64,000 nucleotides of DNA, taken from IMG/VR virus record IMGVR_UViG_3300020411_004289, positions 42,088 through 106,087 of that record. One strand, written 5' to 3'. The DNA comes from a virus. How positions within the stretch are numbered: the stretch's first letter is position 1; the number at the start of each line of letters is the position of its first letter. Shown piece by piece: positions 21,316 through 31,098 of the stretch. The translations under genes and the position numbers were made by a program. The notes beneath the pieces were generated by a model that saw nothing but the letters and a program-made list of their open reading frames with translations, was not told where the DNA came from and did no database searches.

Positions 21316-22029
21316 ATGGGATTTTTAGACCATTCAACAAATAATATAATAATCGACGCAGTCCTGACAGATACAGGGCGAAAAATGTTAGCTGATAACA
21401 GAGGAAGATTTAAAATCGCATTCTTTTCTCTTTCAGACGATGAAGTAGACTATCAAATCATTGAAAAGTTTGGTAGAGCTGTGGGTAAAGAAAAGATATC
21501 TAAAAACACACCTATCTTTGAAGCACAGACAAAAGCTAGTTTGGCATTGAAACACAGACTTCTTACTCTACCAGACCCAACTGTAATTAGGCTTCCTAGT
21601 TTGTCACTGTCATCGACTAACCTTTCTAGTAATTTGTTGACGTTTAATACGTCAACATCATCCACAAATACTGTAAGTGTAGAACAGGTAATTGAAGGCG
21701 AGACTATGATACCTGACGGTGTTTCAGATACGACATTTACAATTTTGGTACCAGATAGATTTCTATCTGTGCAAGGAAGATCAGAAATATCAGTTGAATC
21801 AACTACAAGAATTGCATCTTATAGCATTACAAGATCTGATACTAATAGTAAAAACGGCGCAAAGGCAGATTTTACATTGATAATTCAGCCAGGCCTGGAC
21901 GATACGATGTTCAATATTTACGGTGATTCCGACAATAAAAACAATATTTCAAGTGTAGTATCGATTGTTGGTGATCAGTCGGGAATTAGAAAAGACTTTG
22001 CAATTGCGATAAGTCGCCCGGCAGCATAA
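21316..22029 (+). CDS. Baseplate/tail-collar-like structural protein
   Basis: DAVLTDTGRKMLA...FSLSDDEVDY resembles the N-terminal part of tail-collar-fibre (DUF3751-like) domains. Paralog of 12013. Confidence 0.5.
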   Translation: MGFLDHSTNNIIIDAVLTDTGRKMLADNRGRFKIAFFSLSDDEVDYQIIEKFGRAVGKEKISKNTPIFEAQTKASLALKHRLLTLPDPTVIRLPSLSLSSTNLSSNLLTFNTSTSSTNTVSVEQVIEGETMIPDGVSDTTFTILVPDRFLSVQGRSEISVESTTRIASYSITRSDTNSKNGAKADFTLIIQPGLDDTMFNIYGDSDNKNNISSVVSIVGDQSGIRKDFAIAISRPAA

Positions 22030-22043
22030 TAAAAGAGGAATAA

Positions 22044-23327
22044 ATGGCACAGTTAACAGGTGGAAGTTTTAAAAGAATTAGTCCAGAAGATATTAAGGTT
22101 CGCAGATCGACCCTTAATCAGTTAGTTGACGTAATTCAAGAAGATGTTTCCGGATCAGCAACTAGAAGAAAATATCAAGTTTTTGTAACAGGTGGCGTCG
22201 GCCCTGGGATTACGTCTTCGTTGTTCCAGACAGTTTATGACCAAGACTTTAGCTTACAGACAGCTAATGCAATGTGTGATATGACTGTAGGTCTGTATTC
22301 CAGCGGATCAACAGTAACTAATGCCAGTACAGGTGAAGATTCTGCTGGTAAGCTTTTGTTTCCGTCACAGTCTCTAATGATGAGAGAAAAAGTTGATGTT
22401 TACAAGCAGTATGCTGCAAATCTTTTAGGTGATGCTGACGCTGCTTTCTTTTCACCTTTTGGAAGTACAAGAACTAGCTCAACAGATCGTCACTCTAACG
22501 ACAGGATCGAAGAGGCTCTTTTTATCTCTTATAAACGTCTTTTTGCGAGAGACAAAATAAAAAGAGAAACTTTTGCTACAAGATTTTATAGAAGCGGCGC
22601 GCTGGATGGATCCGATGGTTCATCATATCCAAACAGCATGACAGGATCAAACATTGCTGTGACTTCAACATCCGGAAGTGCAATCTTTAGTGATATAGGT
22701 GCAGCTTCTAATATTAGAAGAACATTCGGTGGTGAGGTAGGTAATATTGTAAATGCAGCCAATACAGCTGAAAATGTAGGGCTTATTTTCTATGATCAAG
22801 GAACAGTTGTTTTGGACTTGGGCAAAGCCACCTTCGCCGACCAGCATATGAGCGGCGCGATCCAAGCAATGGCTAGAGCAACTACTATTGATGGAGCAGT
22901 AATTCCGTCAGGATTAACAGTTCTAGGGTCTTCAGGTGGAAATCCACATGCTAAATTTGTTCCTGACTTTATGGTATCCGGATCAATTGATCAAATCGTT
23001 GATCATGTTGCCAGCACCCGATTTCAATCGGGCTCTCTGACTTCAGCAACATTTCAAAATGTTACAAATATTAATTCGACCCTGATATTTTGTAGAGCTA
23101 CAGCAGATGAGTTTAACTACTCTACAAACCCAACATTCACAGATTCAGCTGGTCGAATTCGTGTGGTAGACCAAGGACAAGAAGACACACAGCGGACATT
23201 TGCTTTTCCTACAACTGTAGGGCTTCATGATGAGTTCGGTAATCTGCTAGCTGTCGCAAAAATGTCACGTCCAATTGAAAAGAACGACGAAAAGGATATC
23301 ACATTTAGGATTCGACTGGACTTCTAA
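22044..23327 (+). CDS. Baseplate structural protein, paralogous C-terminus with 23340
   Basis: SD GAGG. C-terminus EFNYSTNPTF...TTVGLHDEFGNLLAVAKMSRPIEK...FRIRLDF. Confidence 0.55.
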   Translation: MAQLTGGSFKRISPEDIKVRRSTLNQLVDVIQEDVSGSATRRKYQVFVTGGVGPGITSSLFQTVYDQDFSLQTANAMCDMTVGLYSSGSTVTNASTGEDSAGKLLFPSQSLMMREKVDVYKQYAANLLGDADAAFFSPFGSTRTSSTDRHSNDRIEEALFISYKRLFARDKIKRETFATRFYRSGALDGSDGSSYPNSMTGSNIAVTSTSGSAIFSDIGAASNIRRTFGGEVGNIVNAANTAENVGLIFYDQGTVVLDLGKATFADQHMSGAIQAMARATTIDGAVIPSGLTVLGSSGGNPHAKFVPDFMVSGSIDQIVDHVASTRFQSGSLTSATFQNVTNINSTLIFCRATADEFNYSTNPTFTDSAGRIRVVDQGQEDTQRTFAFPTTVGLHDEFGNLLAVAKMSRPIEKNDEKDITFRIRLDF

Positions 23328-23339
23328 AGAGGCCCAGGT

Positions 23340-25811
23340 ATGTCCATATTCAGGCTCAATAAAGAAAATTTTGAGAATTTTGAGCTAATAGCCAATCCGC
23401 GAAGACAATTTATTTCTTCGTCCGCAGAAGGTATTACAGGATCCGTTGCTCTTTTTGCAGATGCATCAACTTCTTTAAAAGAGTTAGCGTCAACATTTGG
23501 AGATGCATCAGGTAGTGTCAAGGACAATTCTCTAGACCTACACAGAGAAAGCCTTTCCGACACAATAGCTAATGCAATCACAAACGGAAATTCAATTAAT
23601 GCATATGAATCTGCTAATGAGTACCTAAACCTGGTTAATAATCAAAAATCTTCGCCTATGATGAATAAGCGTCAGGAGGTTTTAAGATATACACCAGGAG
23701 TAAGATTTGAGAAAAACTATCTTACAAAAAAGACAATACAGAATTCTGTTTTTCCTTTCTATAGAAATGAAGTGCCGACTGCACAGTGGTCTTATACAAA
23801 CTATCATAGTTTAAACTTTGTAACAGGCGGGCTTCCAGGGTATGATTTGCCGCGACAGTCCGTGTTAATATATCCAGCGGGGACAGGATCAGTAACCTCA
23901 GAAAACTGGAATCCTTTAGCACCAAAAAACAGATTTACATTTGACTTCTGGATTAATCCACGCTATACAACAGATCGGCCTGGAGACGAGTTTCACGCCG
24001 GGACAGTCTTGCATATGTCTTCGTGCTATGCTGTGAGCCTGGTATCAGGAAGCAGAGTAGGCATAGATGGTCGTCCGTCAGGCTATCGAATGATGTTGCA
24101 GCTAAGTCATAGTGCAGACGTTAGCCCATCTAGTGTTAATCTAGATATTGCAAACAACTCAAGGTCACACCCAAAAGATTTAATTTTTCTATCTAGCGAC
24201 AACGCGCTGACTAGAAATACATGGCATCATGTAGCTATTAGGTGGGACCCGTCAATTAATAACGGGTATGGTACGTTTCACATAGACGGAAAAGACCAAG
24301 GCGCTTTTATTATAAACTCATCTTCAGTAATGCAAGTTACTTCTGCAAACACAAACCTGCTAGATCCCGACGCCTTGTTTGTAGGCAACTATTATTCCGG
24401 AGACAATAATGGCGGCAATGCCATTGCGAAATTTTTTAATGTAAATGCGCATAGACAAGAAGGCGTGGCGCTTTTTAGTCATCATCTTGAGTCAGACCCG
24501 TTAGTATTTAATTTTTCAAATCCACTAAACGCTGAAGTCCATGACTTGAAAATATTTGATCGCTACAGAAACGATCAAAAGACAATCACAGGGTCGATGG
24601 TAGGTGTAGGCTTAGACGAGCCAGGCCTATTATTTTACGTACCGCCATTTTTTACCAAAGACTCTAGAACCCGGTTGGTTCTACAGACACCATTTTTTGA
24701 TGCTGCCGGCTCTACAGAAGATCCTTTTAATGTAGCAATGTCATTCGGACTAGGTGCCTTAGATATAAATTTAGAAAACTTTACAAAAGACTTTGTAACA
24801 AACCAGTTTCCAAGACTTTTAAACTTGACAGCTTCAAGAATTGACACGCAGATAAATGTACCGAAAACAGCGAATTATTTGCTTTATGAGTCTGGATCGT
24901 CTAGAAAAAGAAACTTGACTATTTTGCCGTGTGATAATGGCAAGTTTTTTCCTAACTTTAATATGCTCAAGGCAAAACCAGTACATGGCATCACAGACAT
25001 TCAAAGTGGCACTTACGATTCTGCATATTATTCTGGCTCATTTAACGATAGGTTTGTTGATGATTTTGGAAACAAGAATTATTCTTTTATAAGCCTAAGA
25101 AACCTGGTAGATACAGGATCAGCCGGGAGCTACAATGTAATGCCAGGTAGAATTCCTGACACACAAGAATCCTCAGGGTCTCTTTTGGCTCCTTTACTTG
25201 GGCCCTCTCCTGAAGATCCAGGAGTGTCGCCTGGAAATATCTTGACAGTTTTACAGAGATTTCAAGATTCTTCGTCTAACGAAGTTGTATTTTTTGATAT
25301 ATCAAATATGTTTTATGGAGATGAAATTAAGCGAGGTACGTTTGTCCTAGAAGATTTAAACGTATCTGGTTCTGGTGGAAGAATGAGCTTTAAGCTTAAG
25401 GATAACGGATACGGAAATCTCTATAGAGCAGACTGTTCGGGATCACATGCCAGCTGGGCTAGTGTTGGAAATGTTTTCTATGAAGAGGGTTTAGCTGTAA
25501 TTAAAACTCCGCATATGCCACACTTTGGTAGAGACTCTTTTAAGGTGTCCTTTGAGGGTACTAGAAGTGTCTATGTCTTAGAAGTATTAGTGCCAGCTAA
25601 CCAGTCTTTACATAACTCTTCTAGTAATCCTGCATACAAAGCCTTAGCCCCAACAGATTATCCTAACGAGTTGGCAAATGATTTCTCTTATATCACCGGG
25701 ATCACGTTGCATGACAACAACATGAATGTAATTGGAAGAGCGAACTTGGCACAACCGGTTGTTAAAAGAGAAGCTGATAAATTTGTATTCAAGCTAAGAA
25801 TGGATTACTAA
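23340..25811 (+). CDS. Baseplate structural protein with a LamG-like domain
   Basis: FTFDFWINP...WHHVAIRWD...FHIDG is LamG-like. C-terminus NSSSNP...ITGITLHDNNMNVIGRANLAQPVVKR...FKLRMDY parallels 22044. Confidence 0.55.
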   Translation: MSIFRLNKENFENFELIANPRRQFISSSAEGITGSVALFADASTSLKELASTFGDASGSVKDNSLDLHRESLSDTIANAITNGNSINAYESANEYLNLVNNQKSSPMMNKRQEVLRYTPGVRFEKNYLTKKTIQNSVFPFYRNEVPTAQWSYTNYHSLNFVTGGLPGYDLPRQSVLIYPAGTGSVTSENWNPLAPKNRFTFDFWINPRYTTDRPGDEFHAGTVLHMSSCYAVSLVSGSRVGIDGRPSGYRMMLQLSHSADVSPSSVNLDIANNSRSHPKDLIFLSSDNALTRNTWHHVAIRWDPSINNGYGTFHIDGKDQGAFIINSSSVMQVTSANTNLLDPDALFVGNYYSGDNNGGNAIAKFFNVNAHRQEGVALFSHHLESDPLVFNFSNPLNAEVHDLKIFDRYRNDQKTITGSMVGVGLDEPGLLFYVPPFFTKDSRTRLVLQTPFFDAAGSTEDPFNVAMSFGLGALDINLENFTKDFVTNQFPRLLNLTASRIDTQINVPKTANYLLYESGSSRKRNLTILPCDNGKFFPNFNMLKAKPVHGITDIQSGTYDSAYYSGSFNDRFVDDFGNKNYSFISLRNLVDTGSAGSYNVMPGRIPDTQESSGSLLAPLLGPSPEDPGVSPGNILTVLQRFQDSSSNEVVFFDISNMFYGDEIKRGTFVLEDLNVSGSGGRMSFKLKDNGYGNLYRADCSGSHASWASVGNVFYEEGLAVIKTPHMPHFGRDSFKVSFEGTRSVYVLEVLVPANQSLHNSSSNPAYKALAPTDYPNELANDFSYITGITLHDNNMNVIGRANLAQPVVKREADKFVFKLRMDY

Positions 25812-26362
25812 TGTTAGTTTTAGGTCTAGACATATCAACATCAATCACAGGATACTGTCTAATAAACACAGAGGTACCTCAGAGACATCGTTTAGTCAAA
25901 GCTGATGGAATAATCATATCACATATAAAAGACACATACACTAAATCTCTGGCCATTAGAAATGAATTTAATAATATAGCTAATGAGTTCAAGCCAGACA
26001 AAATAGTAATAGAAGAAAACTTACAAGCATTTCGTAGAGGCCTATCTTCAGCAAAAACACTGTCAACTTTAGCAAGATTTAACGGTATTGTTTCTTTTTT
26101 GGCTCAGGATATATTTCAAATTCCAGTAGAGATGGTTAATGTCAATAGCGCCAGGGCCAAAGTAGGTCTTAAAATAGATAGAAAAAGTGAAGAGCCTATC
26201 AAAGAACAGATTTTAGAGTGGGTCAAAAGTCAAGAAGAATTTTCGCAATTTGTGTGGCCTACTAAGACTTTAAAGTCCGGCCCAAGAAAAGGCTTGACAA
26301 TACCTGCACCACAATGTTTTGACATAGCAGATGCTGCAGTAGTTTGCCTTTCAGGAATGTAA
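25811..26362 (+). CDS. RuvC-like Holliday junction resolvase
   Basis: RNase H-fold acidic motifs VLGLDISTSITG, IVIEE, FDIADAAVV. 183 aa. Confidence 0.8.
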   Translation: MLVLGLDISTSITGYCLINTEVPQRHRLVKADGIIISHIKDTYTKSLAIRNEFNNIANEFKPDKIVIEENLQAFRRGLSSAKTLSTLARFNGIVSFLAQDIFQIPVEMVNVNSARAKVGLKIDRKSEEPIKEQILEWVKSQEEFSQFVWPTKTLKSGPRKGLTIPAPQCFDIADAAVVCLSGM

Positions 26363-26369
26363 ACGTAGC

Positions 26370-26398
26370 TTGAACATTAGGCAGTAAATTTCTACACT
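26370..26398 (+). promoter_or_regulatory. Sigma70-like promoter of the primase operon
   Basis: TTGAAC (26370-26375), 17-nt spacer, TACACT (26393-26398). ATG follows 6 nt later with no SD. Confidence 0.55.
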
Positions 26399-26404
26399 TG
26401 TTTT

Positions 26405-27358
26405 ATGAGTGTACACAGGAACATCAAAGATATTCTTACACGTGCGTTTGGGCAAGGATCAATGTCTAGAGACGGCATCAACTATGCTGTGTGTTGTCCT
26501 GCATGTGACTCTAATAAACGAAATAAGCGAAAATTAGAAGTAAGATTAGACGATGCCAGATATCACTGTTGGGTCTGTGGAATTAAAGGGTCAGATGTAC
26601 GCTATCTTATAAGAAAATATAGACCTGACTTAGCTGATAAAGTATCAACACTTAAAACATCCAAGACTTTAGAAGACCCTACTTCGGAAGAAATTAAAAT
26701 TTCTCTACCGAAAAGAGCATCGCTATTAGGGTGTTCCAATTCTAAAGACCCAGATATAATTGCAACTAAAAAATATCTTCTCCGACGCGGCGTTTCTCTT
26801 GTAGATATGATGAGGTGGCGGATCTTAGCTAGTCCTACCGGTGACTTTAGAAGAAAAGCAATTATACCTTCTTTTGATTCATCTGGAAATCTAAATTATT
26901 ATGTAGCAAGATCTATAGATGATTTAGGTGGCTTTAGATACAAAAATGCGAAAGTACCTAAAGAAAATGTTATCTTTAACGAAATTGATATTGATTGGAA
27001 ACGACCACTAATACTAGTAGAGGGTGTTTTTGATGCCATCAAGTGTCCAGAAAATACTATACCAATATTAGGATCAAGCATTTCTACAAGGTCTCTGATT
27101 TACAGAGAAATTGCTAAAAATCAGACAAAGTGCATTGTAGCACTAGATCCTGACTTAAAAACAAAGGCTTATAAGTTGGCAAAAATGATTAAAAAAATAG
27201 GGTGTGAAGTAGATATCGCTTTCGCCCCTGAAGGGAAAGATATGGGCGACTTAAGCAAACTTCAAGCAAGGCAAGTAATAGACTCAGCCGCTCCGTATAC
27301 AGACATTATGCATTTATCTTACAAGATAAATGAGATTCAAAGCGGATCTATTATATAG
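26405..27358 (+). CDS. DNA primase (Zn finger + TOPRIM; T4 gp61/DnaG-like)
   Basis: CPAC...HCWVC Zn finger. IIP...YYVARS..YKN. TOPRIM motifs LVEGVFDA and VALDPD, then KDMGD. Confidence 0.8.
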   Translation: MSVHRNIKDILTRAFGQGSMSRDGINYAVCCPACDSNKRNKRKLEVRLDDARYHCWVCGIKGSDVRYLIRKYRPDLADKVSTLKTSKTLEDPTSEEIKISLPKRASLLGCSNSKDPDIIATKKYLLRRGVSLVDMMRWRILASPTGDFRRKAIIPSFDSSGNLNYYVARSIDDLGGFRYKNAKVPKENVIFNEIDIDWKRPLILVEGVFDAIKCPENTIPILGSSISTRSLIYREIAKNQTKCIVALDPDLKTKAYKLAKMIKKIGCEVDIAFAPEGKDMGDLSKLQARQVIDSAAPYTDIMHLSYKINEIQSGSII

Positions 27359-27363
27359 GGAAA

Positions 27364-30300
27364 ATGATGTATAAATTTGCACACTTTGCTGATGTACACT
27401 GGCGAGGCCTTAGTCGACATGATGAGTACAAAAGAGCATTTACAAAAGCGTTTCAAACACTTAAGGAACAAAATGTAGACGCAATTTTTATAGCCGGCGA
27501 CATTGTCCACTCAAAAACACAGGGAATCTCTCCTGAGCTAATAGACAGTCTTTGCTGGTGGTTTAGAGAATTCTCCGAAATTGCGCCCACATATGTGACC
27601 TTAGGAAATCATGATGGTCTGATCTTGAACAAAGATAGAGAAGATGCAATTAGTCCAATTATTAGAGCACTTAACTTGCCTAATCTTCACCTGATTAAAA
27701 TGACTGAAAAATTATCATTTGATGATAATGTTGACATTGTTAATTTTTCATGTTTTGATGAAGAGTCGTGGGATGAGATGACTCCTACACCTGAAAAAAT
27801 AAATATTGCTGTTTTTCACGGTGCAGTTAGAGGGAGCAAAACTGATATTGACTGGGAAATGGAAGGCGAAGTAGAGTCAAGCATGTTCGCTGGTTATGAC
27901 TTTGTATTTCTAGGCGATATTCACAAGCATCAATATCTTGAGCCCACTAAGAGAATTGCATATTGCGGAAGTACAATACAACAAAATTTTGGAGAAACTC
28001 CGGGCAAAGGCTATTTGTTGTGGGAAATTGAAAGCAAAGATAAATTTAAGTCAACACATATACAGGTCCCGCACGACAGGCCTTTCATTACAATCGAGTG
28101 GAAAGGCACAGTTTCCGAGACATTAGATGAGGCAGAACAGTACCCAGATTTCTCCAGATTTAGAATTAAAACAACCATTGCAATAAGTCAAGGAGAAATA
28201 AAACAGCTGTATTCTTCGCTAAAGGAATTTAAAAATGCTTCAGAAATTGTAATGAAGCACGATATACCGAAGTCTGACTTAATATTAGAGAACATAGAAG
28301 GTTCGGGTGCACTTAACCTCCATGACACTAAAACAGTTGCTGATATGATTGTCAACTATTACTCTCGTGCAGGCCTGAGTGATAGGATGAACTCTCGATT
28401 AGAAGAGTTAGTTTACAGACTGTGGAAAAGTGCAGTCAAGGCAGACTATGGATCTGGTGGAAAATGGTCTCTAAAGCGCCTTGAGTTTGATAATACATTC
28501 GGATACGGAAAAGATAACATTGTAAACTTTGAAAAATGTGAAGGAATCACAGGTATATTTGGAAAAAATAGGTCTGGAAAGTCTTCTATTTGCGGAAGTA
28601 TTATGTACAATCTTTTTAATGCTACTGATCGAGGAGCAATATCTAACCTTCACGTCATCAATTCTAGAAAAGGGCATTGCAAAGCTAAGGCTCTCATAAG
28701 CAAGAGGGGTAAAAACTACGTAGTAGAAAGACAGACGATCAAGAAGCAGGCAAGATCGGGAAAGCTTAGTGCAACTACACACCTAAATCTTTTAGAAGTT
28801 GATGATAACGAAAATGTAATTAGGGATTTGTGCGGAGAGCAAAGAAGAGAAACAGAGAAATCTCTCAAACAAATTGTAGGTACATCTGAAGATTTTTTGT
28901 TGACATCATTAGCATCTCAAGGAGAGATGAACTCCTTTCTAAAACAGAAGGCATCTGCTAGAAAGTCTGTATTGTCAAAGTTTTTGGAGCTTGATGTTTT
29001 TGATAGGCTACACGAATCAGCAAGAGAAGAATCTGCAGGTGTAAAGCACTTGTTAAAGGCAGCTCCTGAAAGAGACTTTGATATTTCTATCTTAGATGCT
29101 AGAAGTAAATTGCGCGCAAGAGAAATCGACAGAGAGTCCTTATGGGATGACCTAGAGGCCTTAAGGGTAAAGTCCAGAGAGTTAGAACTAACTTTGGCCA
29201 CTAGAAGTGACAATAATCTAGTAACTCAACAAGACATAACTGAGCAAAACGAAAAGATAGAAAATCTACAGAACCAGATTCTAACTAGAGAAGAAAAAAT
29301 AGAAGAGTTAAATCAGACTTTTGACAGCTTGCTAACTAAAACTTCAAAACTAGAAGATTTTAAATCCGAGTTTCCAATAGACAACCTTAAGTCTTCTATA
29401 GAAGAGCAGCGAGCGCTAGAGAATACTGTGTCTACACTAAAGCATTCTGTAGATAAGGAAAAACAAAAAACCAAGTCATATGAAAAAGAAGTCGCAAAAC
29501 TAGATGAAGTACCGTGCGGAGACAGTTTTCCAACATGTCAGTATATAGTAAGTGCGCACAAAGCAAAAAAAGAAGTACAAAAACAAAGTATAAAAATTGA
29601 AGAGTTAAAAGATGATCTCAAGATAACTCGGCAAAGTCTTAGGAAGCTATTAAATCTAGGTCTAGAAGAAAAACTAGAAAAATACAACGATCTACTGACT
29701 AAACATAACGATTATTCGGTCCAAAAAAGCAGAGTGGAGCTAGACTTAGTAGCAGAAAAAAATAAGCTACAAAAGGTAAAAGATCAGCTTCGAATTGAAG
29801 AGCAGATGCTAGATGAGATGAAAGCAAATCTTTCTACAGATGATGCTGCATCTCAAATAAGATCGCTTAGAAACAAGCTAAGAGCATATAAGATCGGCAT
29901 TGCAGATAAGGAAACAAAGCACGCAGCACTTTCAGAGTCAATAGGACTGCTGCAGTCAGAAATAAAAAAGCTCATGAAGGAAAAAGATGAGTTCGAGAGC
30001 TTGAACGAGCAGTGGCGTGTTTTTGAACTCTTTCTGCAAGCAACGTCGAAAAATGGTGTACCGCTAGAAGTCATTAGGTCCAGGCTTCCAGAGATCAATG
30101 CAGAAATTGCCAGTATTTTGCAAGGCGTTACCGGTTTTACTGTAGAGCTTGAGTCTGATGAAGGCTCTAATGAGATGTCTGTTTATATAAATTATGGTGA
30201 CTCTAGAAGAATAATAGAGTGCTGCAGCGGCATGGAAAAAATGATGTCTGCACTTGCCATAAGAGTAGCCTTAATTAATGTTTCAGCTTTACCAAAGTCT

Positions 30301-30498
30301 GACATTCTTATTATTGATGAAGGTTTTGGTGCGCTAGATAGTGGAAATGTGGAGGCATGCGGTAGATTCTTAGAGTCACTTAAAAAGTGGTTTAAGACGA
30401 TATTGGTAATTTCTCACGTCGATGCAGTCAAAGACGGTGTTGATAGCATACTTGAGATTAGGAGAAAAGGCACAGATGCGAAAATTCAATTTACATAG
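27364..30498 (+). CDS. Fused Mre11/SbcD nuclease and Rad50/SbcC ATPase (T4 gp47-gp46 fusion)
   Basis: Phosphoesterase motifs ADVH, AGDIVH, LGNHD, FHG, LGDIH. Walker A GKNRSGKSS, Q-loop SQG, long coiled coil, signature CSGMEK, Walker B LIIDEGFGALD, ISH. Confidence 0.9.
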   Translation: MMYKFAHFADVHWRGLSRHDEYKRAFTKAFQTLKEQNVDAIFIAGDIVHSKTQGISPELIDSLCWWFREFSEIAPTYVTLGNHDGLILNKDREDAISPIIRALNLPNLHLIKMTEKLSFDDNVDIVNFSCFDEESWDEMTPTPEKINIAVFHGAVRGSKTDIDWEMEGEVESSMFAGYDFVFLGDIHKHQYLEPTKRIAYCGSTIQQNFGETPGKGYLLWEIESKDKFKSTHIQVPHDRPFITIEWKGTVSETLDEAEQYPDFSRFRIKTTIAISQGEIKQLYSSLKEFKNASEIVMKHDIPKSDLILENIEGSGALNLHDTKTVADMIVNYYSRAGLSDRMNSRLEELVYRLWKSAVKADYGSGGKWSLKRLEFDNTFGYGKDNIVNFEKCEGITGIFGKNRSGKSSICGSIMYNLFNATDRGAISNLHVINSRKGHCKAKALISKRGKNYVVERQTIKKQARSGKLSATTHLNLLEVDDNENVIRDLCGEQRRETEKSLKQIVGTSEDFLLTSLASQGEMNSFLKQKASARKSVLSKFLELDVFDRLHESAREESAGVKHLLKAAPERDFDISILDARSKLRAREIDRESLWDDLEALRVKSRELELTLATRSDNNLVTQQDITEQNEKIENLQNQILTREEKIEELNQTFDSLLTKTSKLEDFKSEFPIDNLKSSIEEQRALENTVSTLKHSVDKEKQKTKSYEKEVAKLDEVPCGDSFPTCQYIVSAHKAKKEVQKQSIKIEELKDDLKITRQSLRKLLNLGLEEKLEKYNDLLTKHNDYSVQKSRVELDLVAEKNKLQKVKDQLRIEEQMLDEMKANLSTDDAASQIRSLRNKLRAYKIGIADKETKHAALSESIGLLQSEIKKLMKEKDEFESLNEQWRVFELFLQATSKNGVPLEVIRSRLPEINAEIASILQGVTGFTVELESDEGSNEMSVYINYGDSRRIIECCSGMEKMMSALAIRVALINVSALPKSDILIIDEGFGALDSGNVEACGRFLESLKKWFKTILVISHVDAVKDGVDSILEIRRKGTDAKIQFT

Positions 30499-30706
30499 TA
30501 CACAAATTATAGTAAAAGGAAGTCAGGCTCCTCTAGAGTGCCCTGTATGCAAATTTGTCTTGAGAGACTCTAAAGATGTAGAGTCTGTAAAAAAAGAAAG
30601 AGCATGTACGGAGTGCACGCTTAATTTCAAACACGTAAATTTAGAGCAATGGCAAGATGGATGGCGACCTTCAATTGATGAAGCTAGATCGAAAATGCAT
30701 ATTTAA
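30476..30706 (+). CDS. Small Zn-finger protein
   Basis: CPVC...CTEC. Probable start ATG 30476 after AGGAG/AAGG. Overlaps the end of the upstream gene. Confidence 0.6.
   Translation: MRKFNLHSTQIIVKGSQAPLECPVCKFVLRDSKDVESVKKERACTECTLNFKHVNLEQWQDGWRPSIDEARSKMHI
30699..30705 (+). promoter_or_regulatory. Putative late promoter motif (ATATTTA) ahead of the packaging genes
   Basis: ATATTTAACACAGAGGTGATGCAATG, nearly identical to the leader at 21293. Confidence 0.6.
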
Positions 30707-30721
30707 CACAGAGGTGATGCA

Positions 30722-31093
30722 ATGAATACAAATACTGCAAGAATTATTGGACAAGTCTTAGAGAATTATTGGGGTACCCAATCAAGTTCTGACGGAACTT
30801 TCTCCTTGACTTATGACCTATCAGGTGATCAACTTACGCTTAAGTACAAGGCTGTTGTACACTTTGCTTCAGAAAGATCTCTACAGCCGCAAATATCTGA
30901 AGCAAATCGAAGAGCAGTGACAATGGTGAATGAAAAACTTAAAGAACTAAAGTCAGCTTATAAGTCTACTGCAGAAGAATCTCTTAAGACAGAAGATTTA
31001 GGCGGCGGCGACGATATAGAGCTTTTGCAGCCAAACGGACCTAGAAAAGTCGCATATTATAGATACAACCATAAGTTTAAAATTCAAGACTAG
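30722..31093 (+). CDS. Hypothetical protein upstream of the large terminase
   Basis: 123 aa with SD GAGGTG. No family recognised. Confidence 0.6.
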   Translation: MNTNTARIIGQVLENYWGTQSSSDGTFSLTYDLSGDQLTLKYKAVVHFASERSLQPQISEANRRAVTMVNEKLKELKSAYKSTAEESLKTEDLGGGDDIELLQPNGPRKVAYYRYNHKFKIQD

Positions 31094-31098
31094 ATCAA

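Noticed and set aside
25811-26362. RuvC-fold protein as a Cas12/TnpB effector or transposase
   Set aside because: It is only 183 aa with resolvase-type motif spacing. No CRISPR array, Zn ribbon or IS ends are nearby.
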